Part shown: positions 34,847 to 43,683 of the stretch, one piece after another
How the letters are laid out: every line of letters begins with the position of its first letter
Numbering within the stretch: position 1 is the stretch's first letter
Source: an uncultured Actinomycetes bacterium
GTDB taxonomy: Bacteria; Actinomycetota; UBA4738; JBBDTT01
Direction: 5' to 3'
Assembly: GCA_963742735.1 (NCBI GenBank)
Contig: CAVUMN010000004.1
Span: forward strand, 928,001 to 992,000
Length of the DNA stretch: 64,000 nucleotides
The notes under the pieces: generated by a model
Database searches by the model: none
What the model was told of the DNA's origin: nothing
The model's input: the letters and a program-made list of their open reading frames with translations, nothing else
Made by a program: the position numbers and the translations under genes

Positions 34847-36367
34847 TCAGGCCGCGCGGCGCGCCAGGGGAAGCGTGAAGTAGAAGGTCGAGCCCTCTCC
34901 CGGCTTCGAGTCGACGCCCAGGTCGCCGTGCATCAGGCGGGAGTACTCCCGGACGAGCGACAACCCCAGGCCGGTCCCCCGCAGGGCCGACCCCTCGGCG
35001 TCTCCGCGCCAGAACGGCTCGAACGCCCTGGAGGCCTCCTCGGGGGTCAGGCCCGGCCCGCGGTCGACGACCTCGATGCGGCACGCGCCCGAGAGCGAGA
35101 CCGTGCGCACCGCGAGCGGCGTCCCCGGCGGCGAGTACTTCACCGCGTTCGTGAGGAGGTTGTTCAGCGTCCGCCGGACGAGCGCCGGGTCCGCGGTCAC
35201 CAGGAGGTTCTCGACGTCCACCTCCAGCGGACGCCCCCCCAGCAGCGGCGCCAGCGAGTCCAGGATGGAGGCCAGGCACGGCGCCAGCTCGAACGTCTCG
35301 AGCTGCACCCGGACCTTGCCGGCCTCGACCGTGGCGTAGTCGAGCAGGCCGTCGACCAGGTTCGTCAGCTCCCCGGCGTGCTCGTGGATCTTGTGCACGA
35401 ACGTGCGGCGCAGGGCGGGCTCCAGGCGCTCCCAGTCGGTCACGAGCGACTCCGAGAACCCCAGGATGGAGGTCAGCGGTGTCCGGAGCTCGTGTGAGAC
35501 CGAGCTCACCAGCCGGCTCCGCATGTCGAGCATGTTCTGGAGCTGGGACACGAGCCGGCGCTCCAGCTCGAACCGGGTGAGGTTCGCGAGCGCCATGCCG
35601 GCGAAGGACGCGAAGGTGCCCGCCAGCCGGATCTCTTCAGGCAGGAACTGGCGGGGCTCGTTCGAGGTCACCACGAGCGCCCCGATCGGGCCGTCGGACC
35701 GGTCGACGAGGGGCACGAGAAGCTGTTCGGTCGGCTCGTCCGGATCGCGAGGGGCCGTCTCGGCGGCCAGCAGCGCTTGCGCCTCCTCGATGACGCCGGG
35801 GGCGAGCGTCCCACCTCCGTCCAGCCCCTCGAGCGTGAGCCCGTCGGGGCCGGAGACCAGGACCCAGCACGCATCCGCCCGCAGCAGGCTCCGCGCCCCA
35901 CGGGCGATCTCGGGAAGGATCTCGCTCCGGTCCCGCGCCGAGGTCACCAGCAGGGCCAGCCGTTCGAGCTCGGCCGCGCGACGGGTGAGGTCGTAGTGCC
36001 GCCAGGCCTTCCCGACCGCGGCCGGGAGGGTGGCCAGGTAGCCGGCGCTCTTGGCCACGTAGTCGATCGCGCCGCCGCGCAGGGCCTCCACGGCGACCTC
36101 CTCCGAGCCCCGCCCCGTCACGACGATCACGGGCGGGCCTCCCCGCTCGCGGATCCGCGCGAGCACCTCGATGCCGCTCATCCTGGGAAGGCCGTGGTCC
36201 AGCAGGACCAGGTCCACCCCCTCGAGCGCGTCCAGGGCGCCCTCGCCCGAGTCCGCCGTCCGAACCTGAAAGCCGCTCTCGCTCAGGGTGCGTTCGGTGA
36301 GCCTGCGGTGGTCGGGGTTGTCGTCGACCACCAGCACGGAGATGGGCGATCCCAGCGTCACGATCAC
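34847..36367 (-). CDS. Cytoplasmic hybrid histidine kinase (REC-GAF-HisKA-HATPase)
   Basis: VLVVDD/LLDHGLP; SHELRTPLTSI; NLLTNAVKYS; D.GPG; GTGLGL. Confidence 0.93.
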   Translation of the reverse strand: MIVTLGSPISVLVVDDNPDHRRLTERTLSESGFQVRTADSGEGALDALEGVDLVLLDHGLPRMSGIEVLARIRERGGPPVIVVTGRGSEEVAVEALRGGAIDYVAKSAGYLATLPAAVGKAWRHYDLTRRAAELERLALLVTSARDRSEILPEIARGARSLLRADACWVLVSGPDGLTLEGLDGGGTLAPGVIEEAQALLAAETAPRDPDEPTEQLLVPLVDRSDGPIGALVVTSNEPRQFLPEEIRLAGTFASFAGMALANLTRFELERRLVSQLQNMLDMRSRLVSSVSHELRTPLTSILGFSESLVTDWERLEPALRRTFVHKIHEHAGELTNLVDGLLDYATVEAGKVRVQLETFELAPCLASILDSLAPLLGGRPLEVDVENLLVTADPALVRRTLNNLLTNAVKYSPPGTPLAVRTVSLSGACRIEVVDRGPGLTPEEASRAFEPFWRGDAEGSALRGTGLGLSLVREYSRLMHGDLGVDSKPGEGSTFYFTLPLARRAA

Positions 36368-36804
36368 CTCGGGGGCTCCGGGAGCGCGCTCAGCTCGGTC
36401 CAGTAGCGGCGGATGCCCATGAGGCCCTCGCGGAACGCCCCCACCGCGGTCGGCTTCGTGACGAACGAGTTCGCGCCGAGCCGGTACGAGGAGTCGATGT
36501 CCTCGGGCCGCTCCGACGCCGACAGGACCACCACGGGGATCGAGCGGAGGTCGGGGTGCTCCTTGAGCAGCCGGAGGACCTCGAGCCCGTCCACCCGAGG
36601 CATCTTCAGGTCGAGCATGATCAGGTGCGGCCGCTCCCGGTCGGCGTACTCGCCGGCCTGGTGCAGGAAGTCCAGCGCGTCCTGCCCGTTCGCGACGGCC
36701 TCCACCTCAAGCTGGACGCCGTCCATGCTCCGCAGGGCCCGAACGATCAGGAACCGGTGGTCCTCGTTGTCCTCCGCGATCAGGATCCGGATGGGTGCTT
36801 TCAT
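36364..36804 (-). CDS. Single-domain response regulator (Rcp1-like)
   Basis: ILIAEDN, P.LIMLDLKMP.VDGLEVL, IPVVVLSAS, Y.LGANSFVTKP. Confidence 0.92.
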   Translation of the reverse strand: MKAPIRILIAEDNEDHRFLIVRALRSMDGVQLEVEAVANGQDALDFLHQAGEYADRERPHLIMLDLKMPRVDGLEVLRLLKEHPDLRSIPVVVLSASERPEDIDSSYRLGANSFVTKPTAVGAFREGLMGIRRYWTELSALPEPPR

Positions 36805-38573
36805 GTGCGCGCCTCCACTGGCCAGCCGAGGACGGATTCCGCGGGCACCTCGATGCGGAAGTCGGCCCCGGATTCGCCGTCGGCGATCCAGATCCGCCCG
36901 CCGAGGTGCTCCACGATCTTTCGGCAGATGGACAGGCCGATGCCGGTCCCGTCGCCGCCCGGGCCCTCCAGCCGCTCGAACACCCCGAAGACCTTCTCGC
37001 GGTCGCTCGCCGGGACCCCGGGACCGTTGTCCGTGACGCCGATCTCGCAACCGCCCTCGTCGGCCGGCCCGGCCGAAACGCTGATCCGCAGGCCGGGCCG
37101 GTCTCCGTGCTTCACCGCGTTGTCGAGCAGGTTCGTGAACAGCTGCCGGGCGCGGACCCCGTTCATCCACAGGATGGGCAACGCTCCGACCTCGACCGTG
37201 ACGTTGTCGTGGGCGGTCTCGATCTCGCGGGCGAGCTCGCCGACCAGGTCCGCCAGCCGCACCTCCTCGGGGTCGGTCTCCACCCGGCGGACCCGGGACA
37301 GCTCGAGCAGCCCGTGGATCAGGCTCTCCATGTACGAGGTGTTCGCCGACATGCGGGCCAGGTACTCGCGGCCGGCGTCGCCCAGCACGGAACCGAAGTC
37401 CTCCTCCAGGTAGCCGACGTAGCCGCTCAAAGCCACGAGCGGGCTCTTCAGGTCGTGCGAGACGCTGTGGAGGAACGCCTCGAGCTCCGCGCTGCCCCGT
37501 TCGACCTCCACTCGCGCCAGCCGCTCGGCCTCGAATAGGGCGGTTCGCTCCAGCGCCAGGTCGACGAAGGCGCCGGTCGCCTCCAGCAGGCGGGCTTCCT
37601 CGTTGCCGAACAGCGGGGTGTACGGGCTCGTCTTGATCGCGAGCCAGCCCGTCCGAAGGGGCAGCGTCATGAAGCCGGGCTCGACCACGGCGCCCTCGTC
37701 GGACCCCAGCCGGGCCAGGATCCGAGCGGCCTCGCCGGGCTGCATCCCGTACACGCCGAGGACCTCGCCTCCGGCACGGGCGAGCAGCGCGCCGCCGCCC
37801 CCGAAGATCGGAGCGATGTGCGGCAGCAGCGCGGCCGAGACCTCGTGGCTGGTCGTCGCCGCGCTGACCCCGACGGAGGCCTGCCGCAGCGAGTGCTCCT
37901 CGGGCCTCCGCCAGAGGGCCCGGAGGGCCGCCGGAGGGTCGAGGGCCAGATAGAACAGGATCGCGCACGCGATCCCCAGCACCTGCTGGACCAGGTCGAC
38001 CGTAGGAGTCTCGGCTCCGCCCGCGGCGCCCGACACGACGACCGAGGCGTTCAGGCCCAGCGCCGCGGCCGAGAGGAGCCGGAGGCGGCGTCGCGGCAGC
38101 GTGGGCTGCGACCTGCCCGCGGTCCACAGCCGCACCGACACCCACAGGGACAGCACGGTCCACTGGACGACGATCGCCAGCACGTAGATCCGGGTGGCGC
38201 CGGTCTGGGGCTCGCCCTCGGCGGGGAAGGAGGGGAGGGCGAGCGTCCAGAGGATGAGGGCCCCGGTGAGCGCCGCGCCGGCGGCCTCGGCCCATCTCGG
38301 CGGCCGGACGAACGCGGCGGCGAACCGGAACAGGAAGTAGGGGAAGGCCAGGACGACCGCGATCAGGATCTTGACGAACCACAGGGGGAGGTCGTCGCTG
38401 TCGGGTCCGGCGATCCATGCGACGAGCACGATCGCCGCCAGGCTGCCGAACGCCGCGGCGGCCCACGCGGCGGGCGCGCTGCGGTGGCGGACGTAGAGGG
38501 CGAGCGAGACCAGCGCGAGCGCGGTGAACGCGACGCGCTGCACCCACTCGAGTACCGCGACGGCGCTTTCCAA
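36801..38573 (-). CDS. Membrane sensor histidine kinase (about 7 TMs)
   Basis: Multi-TM N-terminus; SVSHDLKSPL; QLFTNLLDNAVK; DNGPG; GTGIGL. Confidence 0.93.
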   Translation of the reverse strand: MESAVAVLEWVQRVAFTALALVSLALYVRHRSAPAAWAAAAFGSLAAIVLVAWIAGPDSDDLPLWFVKILIAVVLAFPYFLFRFAAAFVRPPRWAEAAGAALTGALILWTLALPSFPAEGEPQTGATRIYVLAIVVQWTVLSLWVSVRLWTAGRSQPTLPRRRLRLLSAAALGLNASVVVSGAAGGAETPTVDLVQQVLGIACAILFYLALDPPAALRALWRRPEEHSLRQASVGVSAATTSHEVSAALLPHIAPIFGGGGALLARAGGEVLGVYGMQPGEAARILARLGSDEGAVVEPGFMTLPLRTGWLAIKTSPYTPLFGNEEARLLEATGAFVDLALERTALFEAERLARVEVERGSAELEAFLHSVSHDLKSPLVALSGYVGYLEEDFGSVLGDAGREYLARMSANTSYMESLIHGLLELSRVRRVETDPEEVRLADLVGELAREIETAHDNVTVEVGALPILWMNGVRARQLFTNLLDNAVKHGDRPGLRISVSAGPADEGGCEIGVTDNGPGVPASDREKVFGVFERLEGPGGDGTGIGLSICRKIVEHLGGRIWIADGESGADFRIEVPAESVLGWPVEART

Positions 38574-38768
38574 CGCTCAGATCCTCACTCGTGTGCAAAC
38601 GGGGTACTTGCGGAGTATCGGCAGGGGTGCGCCGGAGACCAATGGCCCGAAAGGCCCAGATCGAAGGGCCAAGAGGGACTATCCCGGTGCTCGACCCGGC
38701 GTCGTGTCATACCCACGCGCTACTGTGCGCACGATCGAGCCGACCACACGGCTGGTAGCATGGGCGAA

Positions 38769-38812
38769 CCGCACCTGCTCCCCCAGGGGGCCGTTCAGTC
38801 CAGAGGAGGCGG
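38769..38812 (+). promoter_or_regulatory. Putative rpsF leader (S6:S18 autoregulatory RNA structure)
   Basis: Short leader after TAGCAT (38756-38761) whose 5' part can pair with GGAGGCGG around the SD; internal CCCCC/GGGGG hairpin followed by CCG. Confidence 0.4.
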
Positions 38813-38814
38813 CA

Positions 38815-39186
38815 TTGAGAGAGTACGAAGTCATGCTCATCCTGGAGCCGGAGTCCGACGAGTCCGTGGTCGGCTCGGTCTCGGACCGCATCACGGGGGT
38901 CATCTCGGGTGCCGGCGGCTCCATCGCCAAGGTCGATCGCTGGGGCAAGCGTCGGCTGGCGTATGAGATCGACAAGCGCACCGAGGGCTACTACCTCGTG
39001 ACGCAGTTCACCGCCGAACCCACCGTCGTGTCCGAGCTCGAGCGGGTGCTCGCGCTCTCCGACGGCGTGGTTCGGGCCAAGGTGGTGCGGCGAGATGCCG
39101 CAAAGGCCCTTCCCCCCGCTCCGCAGGAGCCATCCCAGCCGGGCGGCGGAACGCAGGACGAGGTAGGTGAGGCAGATGGCGAGTGA
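38815..39186 (+). CDS. rpsF: 30S ribosomal protein S6
   Basis: TTG start after GAGGAGG; REYEVMLIL, WGKRRLAYEI...EGYY. Confidence 0.96.
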   Translation: MREYEVMLILEPESDESVVGSVSDRITGVISGAGGSIAKVDRWGKRRLAYEIDKRTEGYYLVTQFTAEPTVVSELERVLALSDGVVRAKVVRRDAAKALPPAPQEPSQPGGGTQDEVGEADGE

Positions 39187-39625
39187 GAACCAGGTGACGA
39201 TCGTCGGCAACCTGACCGACGACCCGGAGCTGCGGTACACGCCGAACGGCGCGGCCGTCGTGAACTTCACGGTGGCGGTCAGCCGGCGGACGAAGGACGA
39301 GGCCACCGGGCAGTGGAAGGACGCGGACACGTCGTTCCTGCGCTGCAACGCGTGGCGGTCCATGGCGGAGAACATCGCGGAGTCCCTCACCCGGGGCAGC
39401 CGCGTGGTCGTGGTCGGTCGCATCCGCCAGCGCACGTGGGAGACCCCCGAGGGCGACAAGCGCTCGGCGGTGGAGATCGAGGCGGACGAGGTCGGGCCGA
39501 GCCTGAGGTGGGCGACGACGAAGGTCGAGCGCCAGTCCAAGGGCGGCGGCGCGTCGGACTGGGGCGACAGCGTCTCGGTCGGCGCCGGGGGGCCCGCGGA
39601 GGAGACTCCGCTCGACGCCCCCTAG
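39176..39625 (+). CDS. ssb: Single-stranded DNA-binding protein
   Basis: TIVGNLT.DPELRYTP.GAAV, FLRCNAWR, EVGPSLRWAT. Confidence 0.97.
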   Translation: MASENQVTIVGNLTDDPELRYTPNGAAVVNFTVAVSRRTKDEATGQWKDADTSFLRCNAWRSMAENIAESLTRGSRVVVVGRIRQRTWETPEGDKRSAVEIEADEVGPSLRWATTKVERQSKGGGASDWGDSVSVGAGGPAEETPLDAP

Positions 39626-39641
39626 ATAACGGGAGGACAGT

Positions 39642-39935
39642 TTGGCGAGGGGTAAGCCGAAGCCGAAGACCGGCGGTGGTGGAAGCACGCGCCGCCGGGA
39701 GAAGGAAGACAAGGCCTGGCTCAAGAAGCCGAAGCGCAAGGTCTGCGTGTTCTGTCGGGACCACGTCACGCACGTGGACTTCAAGGACACCAACCTGCTG
39801 CGCAAGTTCGTCTCGGACCGGGGCAAGATCCGCGCCCGGCGGGTCTCGGGGAACTGCGCCCAGCACCAGCGCGACGTGGCCCAGGCCGTGAAGAACGCGC
39901 GGGAGATGGCGCTTCTGCCCTTCAGCGTCCGATGA
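39642..39935 (+). CDS. rpsR: 30S ribosomal protein S18 (Zn-binding C+ type)
   Basis: [37 protein letters not shown]. Confidence 0.97.
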   Translation: MARGKPKPKTGGGGSTRRREKEDKAWLKKPKRKVCVFCRDHVTHVDFKDTNLLRKFVSDRGKIRARRVSGNCAQHQRDVAQAVKNAREMALLPFSVR

Positions 39936-40375
39936 AGATCATCCTGCAGAAGGAGGTCGAGAGCCTCGGCGTGCCCGGCGACGTCGTGACCGTCGCCGAC
40001 GGCTACGCGCGCAACTACCTGGTGCCCCGAGGCCTGGCGATCCCCGCGAGCAAGGGCGCGGTCAAGCACGCCGACCGCCTCCGGATCGGGCACGAGCAGC
40101 GCGTCGCCAAGTTCAAGGTCGAGGCCGAGGCCATCGCCCAGCGGCTCGTGGCGACCTCGGTGCGCATCGGGGCCAAGGCCGGCGAGGAGGGGAAGATCTT
40201 CGGGAGCGTCACCTCCGAGCGGATCGCCCTGGAGCTCGAGAAGGCCGGGTTCACGATCGACCGCAAGCGGCTGCACCTCGACGAGCCAATCCGCAGCCTC
40301 GGCGCCCACGAGGTCACGGTCCATCTGCACCCCGAGGTGACCGCAACGGTCCCCGTGGAGGTCGTCCCGGAGTAG
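39932..40375 (+). CDS. rplI: 50S ribosomal protein L9
   Basis: [25 protein letters not shown]; GKIFGSVT. Confidence 0.97.
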   Translation: MKIILQKEVESLGVPGDVVTVADGYARNYLVPRGLAIPASKGAVKHADRLRIGHEQRVAKFKVEAEAIAQRLVATSVRIGAKAGEEGKIFGSVTSERIALELEKAGFTIDRKRLHLDEPIRSLGAHEVTVHLHPEVTATVPVEVVPE

Positions 40376-40428
40376 CGGGGGCACCATCTCACCTGGGCGG
40401 GTGACGTGGTTCGGTATCCTGGCCAATC

Positions 40429-41136
40429 ATGTCCGCCCGTGACTCCACTCTCGTCGTCGGCGGGATCCGTCGCTCGGTCGCGTTCTTCCCCTCCGGAGGG
40501 GACGGCCTGTACGGCTCGATCTACGAGTCGGTGGATCCGGCGGAGATCGCTCCGGTCGTGCTTTCCCCGTCCTGGGGGGACTACTTGGTCGGGACGCTGC
40601 AGTTCGGCCACGAGCTGGCCATTCTGATCGCCGAGGCTGGCGGCGCGGCGCTCGTCTACCACCCGCCCGGCATGGGCGACAGCCTCGGGGATCCCGGCCG
40701 GCTGACCCTCGGCCGCCTCGCGGAGGCAGCCGCGGACGCCGCGGCGCACATGGGTGAGCACACCGGCCGCCAGGCGCGCATGGCCGGCATCCGCCTGGGC
40801 GCCCTGGCGGTTGGGCCGGCCGCGAGCCGGCACGGCCTCGACTCGTTGCTCCTGATCCAGCCCTTGCTCGAGCCAACGGTGGCGCTGGCGTCATTGCGGA
40901 AGGCCGGCGCCACGGTCGAGTCCTCCGCCGAGCACATGGCGGCGGCCGTCGCGGCCCTCGACATCCCGGGTTCCGTCACCGCCGTGTACTACGCCACGCC
41001 GTCCCCTAGGGCGATGCCCGAGGCGGTCGAGCGGTCGGTGGTAGCCGGCGACTGGCGGCACAGCCAGTCGCGGGCGGAGGACCTGGCGCCGCCGATCCTC
41101 GCATGGCTCCGGTCGCCCCGCGGAGAGGCCGCGTGA
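40429..41136 (+). CDS. Alpha/beta-hydrolase-fold protein with a GIRLGA elbow (exosortase-system hydrolase-2-like)
   Basis: G.GDSLG, GIRLGALA, LLLIQP; TATCCT -10 at 40415-40420. Confidence 0.7.
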   Translation: MSARDSTLVVGGIRRSVAFFPSGGDGLYGSIYESVDPAEIAPVVLSPSWGDYLVGTLQFGHELAILIAEAGGAALVYHPPGMGDSLGDPGRLTLGRLAEAAADAAAHMGEHTGRQARMAGIRLGALAVGPAASRHGLDSLLLIQPLLEPTVALASLRKAGATVESSAEHMAAAVAALDIPGSVTAVYYATPSPRAMPEAVERSVVAGDWRHSQSRAEDLAPPILAWLRSPRGEAA

Positions 41137-41852
41137 GCGACCGGCCGGTCGTGATGTCGACGTCCTTTGGGCCGATCGGGGCCATCATCAGCCTTCCCGA
41201 GGGCGAAACGCGTGCGGCCGGCATGCTGCTCAAGGGCGCCGGGCCGGCGCGGTTCGGCCGCAACTCGAAGCAGGCTCGGATCGCGCGCATGCTCGCCGAG
41301 GAGGGGGTGGCCGTCCTGCGGATGGACTACCCGGGCCAGGGCGACAGCTCGGCGGCGCGGGGCGATCCCGACGACCCGGTCCCGGCCATCCGAGAGGTCC
41401 TGGAGTGGTACCGGCAGTGGATCGGCCGGCGCGATCCGGTCCTGATGGGCCCCTGCTACGGGGGACGGCTGGCAGTCTCCGTGGCCGCGCAGGAGCGGGA
41501 GCTCGGCGGAGTGGCGGTCGTGGTCCCCTACCCGTGGGCCGTCCACGGAGGCACGGCCCGAACTGCCATCCGGACGATGGCCGCCAACCGGCTGGGAGTC
41601 CGGCGGCCAGACCGCCGCCTCGTGGCGGAGCTCGCCTCGGTCGCGGGGCGCGTCCCGGCCAGGATCATCGCCGGCGAGGCCGATGAATTTCTGCCGGCCC
41701 TGCGCGTGGTCGCGGGGCGGGTCCCGGCCGTGAGTCTCGAAATCGTCCCGGGCATCGCCCTGCGAGGAGGGGTGCCCGGGGGCAGGGTCGTCTACGCCGA
41801 CCGGCTGGCTCGGTTCATCCTGACCTCGGTTCCGGCGCCCGCCGGGCGATGA
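41133..41852 (+). CDS. Alpha/beta-hydrolase-fold protein with a Cys elbow GPCYGG (exosortase-system hydrolase-1-like)
   Basis: R.GRN....RIAR.LA..G..VLR.D..G.GDS, MGPCYGG; GTGA coupling. Confidence 0.75.
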   Translation: MSDRPVVMSTSFGPIGAIISLPEGETRAAGMLLKGAGPARFGRNSKQARIARMLAEEGVAVLRMDYPGQGDSSAARGDPDDPVPAIREVLEWYRQWIGRRDPVLMGPCYGGRLAVSVAAQERELGGVAVVVPYPWAVHGGTARTAIRTMAANRLGVRRPDRRLVAELASVAGRVPARIIAGEADEFLPALRVVAGRVPAVSLEIVPGIALRGGVPGGRVVYADRLARFILTSVPAPAGR

Positions 41853-42091
41853 AGACCCGGTCTCGAATCAGGCGGTTCGTCCGGGAGCAGGTGGTGCTCG
41901 GCGGGGAGGCCCCCACGGCTGACCCCCTGGCCGACGGCTCGCTCGACTCCCTGGCCATCGAGCAGCTGATCACCTTCCTGGAGGACACCTTCGGCATCCA
42001 GATCGCCGACGAGGACACCGTCGAGGAGAACTTCGAATCCCTCGACGCCCTCACCGCGCTCGTCGAGTCCAAGCGCCGAGCCGGGAGATGA
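41849..42091 (+). CDS. Acyl carrier protein
   Basis: 80 aa, acidic; G.LDSL phosphopantetheine site; LE..FGI.I...D...ENF.S. Confidence 0.92.
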   Translation: MKTRSRIRRFVREQVVLGGEAPTADPLADGSLDSLAIEQLITFLEDTFGIQIADEDTVEENFESLDALTALVESKRRAGR

Positions 42092-43683
42092 CCGAGCCTC
42101 GGACCCTGGTGGACCTGCTTCCCACCGCCGCGGATACCTTCTGGGCCGCCTTCCACGAGGGCAAGGAGACGGTGCGTCTGGGCGCGCCGGAGCTTCAGAC
42201 ACAGGCGGAGGAGCTCTCGGCGCGCCTGGTCCGCCACGGCGTTCGTCCCGGCGACCGAGTCGGACTCCTGGGCCCCAATCACCCGCGCTGGCTCGGGTCC
42301 GCCTTCGGCATCTGGCGAGCGGGTGCGGTGATGGTCTCGCTGCCCTATCCGCTGCGAGTCCGGAACGCCGAGACGTTCAGCTCGCAGGTCGGCACCCTCG
42401 CCGGGGCGGCGGGCTGCCGCGTGGTGCTGGCCGCTCCGGCCTTCCTTCCGGCGGTGCGGGAGGTCCCGGCGATCGACTGGAGCGAGGCCGCCGAGGACCC
42501 CGTCCCGTCCGCCACGGTGTCACCGGAGGCTCCGGCGTCGATCCAGTTCACCTCGGGCAGCACGGCGGCTCCCAAGGGTGCGCTGCTGAGCCACCAGGCG
42601 GTCCTGTCGGCCCTCGCCTCGCTCCGCGACGCGACGGACTACGCGCCGGGGGAGCAGATGCTGAGCTGGCAGCCGTTCTTCCACGACATGGGCTTCTACG
42701 GCCTCCCACTGCGGGCGGTGTTCGAGGGCTTCGGCATCGACCTCATGACGACGGAGGCGTTCGCCAAGGACCCCGCGTCCTGGTTCCGCCTGGCCGGCGA
42801 GCTGGGAAGCACCGTGATCGCGTCCCCCCCGTCCGCGTGGGCGGCAGCGATCGCCGCCGCCCGGCGAGTGCCGGACGGCGTGGACCTGTCCACGGTGCGG
42901 CGGGCGGCCTTCGGCGCCGAGGTGATCGACCCCTCGACCGTCGAGATGGTCGCCGGCTGGGGAGAGACGGTGGGCCTTCGCCGGGAGGCCTTGCAGGCCG
43001 CGTACGGGATGGCCGAGGCGACCATCGCCATGTCGATCACCCGCGACGACCAGGGGGTGCGCGTCCTCGCCCTCGACCGGGAAGCCCTCCTGAGGGGCGA
43101 TGCCCGACCGGGGACGGGTCGCTCGTCGAAGCGCGTGGTCTCGAACGGGCCGCCGCTGCCGGGGGTCGAGCTCCGCGTGGGGGACGTGCGGGCCAAGTTC
43201 GAGGAGGATCGTGTCGGCGAGGTCTTCATCCGAGGCGGGGGGCTCATGGACCGGTACGTCGGCCCCTCGGTGGAGGACCCGTTCGTGGACGGGTGGCTTC
43301 GTACAGGGGACGTGGGGTTCATCCACGACGGCGAGGTGTACATCACGGGCCGGTCGAAGGACGTCATCATCGTGTTCGGCCGGAACTACGCGCCGGAGGA
43401 CCTCGAGTGGGCCGCCGGATCCGTACCGGGCGTCCGCGCCGGGCGGGTGGTGGCGTTCTCGCCCTCCGACGCCGAGGGCGAGGTCATCGTGGCCGTCGAG
43501 CCCCGGGCGGGGGCGGATCCCAAGGAGCTTCCCGTGCTGGTCCGCCGGGCCGTGGCCAACGAGGTTGGGCTCACCCCCAGCCGGGTGCTCGTGCTCTCCC
43601 CGGACACGATCGAGAAGACCACCAGCGGCAAGCTTCGGCGGAGCGCCCTCCGCGAGGCGTTCGACCGGGGCGAGATCCCCTGA
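42088..43683 (+). CDS. Fatty acyl-AMP ligase (FAAL-like) 1
   Basis: IQFTSGST..PKG, SWQPFFHDMG, YGMAEA, WLRTGD, GRSKD.II..GRNYAPEDLE, KTTSGKLRR. Confidence 0.92.
   Translation: MTEPRTLVDLLPTAADTFWAAFHEGKETVRLGAPELQTQAEELSARLVRHGVRPGDRVGLLGPNHPRWLGSAFGIWRAGAVMVSLPYPLRVRNAETFSSQVGTLAGAAGCRVVLAAPAFLPAVREVPAIDWSEAAEDPVPSATVSPEAPASIQFTSGSTAAPKGALLSHQAVLSALASLRDATDYAPGEQMLSWQPFFHDMGFYGLPLRAVFEGFGIDLMTTEAFAKDPASWFRLAGELGSTVIASPPSAWAAAIAAARRVPDGVDLSTVRRAAFGAEVIDPSTVEMVAGWGETVGLRREALQAAYGMAEATIAMSITRDDQGVRVLALDREALLRGDARPGTGRSSKRVVSNGPPLPGVELRVGDVRAKFEEDRVGEVFIRGGGLMDRYVGPSVEDPFVDGWLRTGDVGFIHDGEVYITGRSKDVIIVFGRNYAPEDLEWAAGSVPGVRAGRVVAFSPSDAEGEVIVAVEPRAGADPKELPVLVRRAVANEVGLTPSRVLVLSPDTIEKTTSGKLRRSALREAFDRGEIP

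Noticed and set aside
38580-38760. GGCCC-rich hairpins between the sensor kinase and rpsF as a riboswitch
   Set aside because: Only short stems, with no recognisable aptamer; explained as a divergent promoter region.
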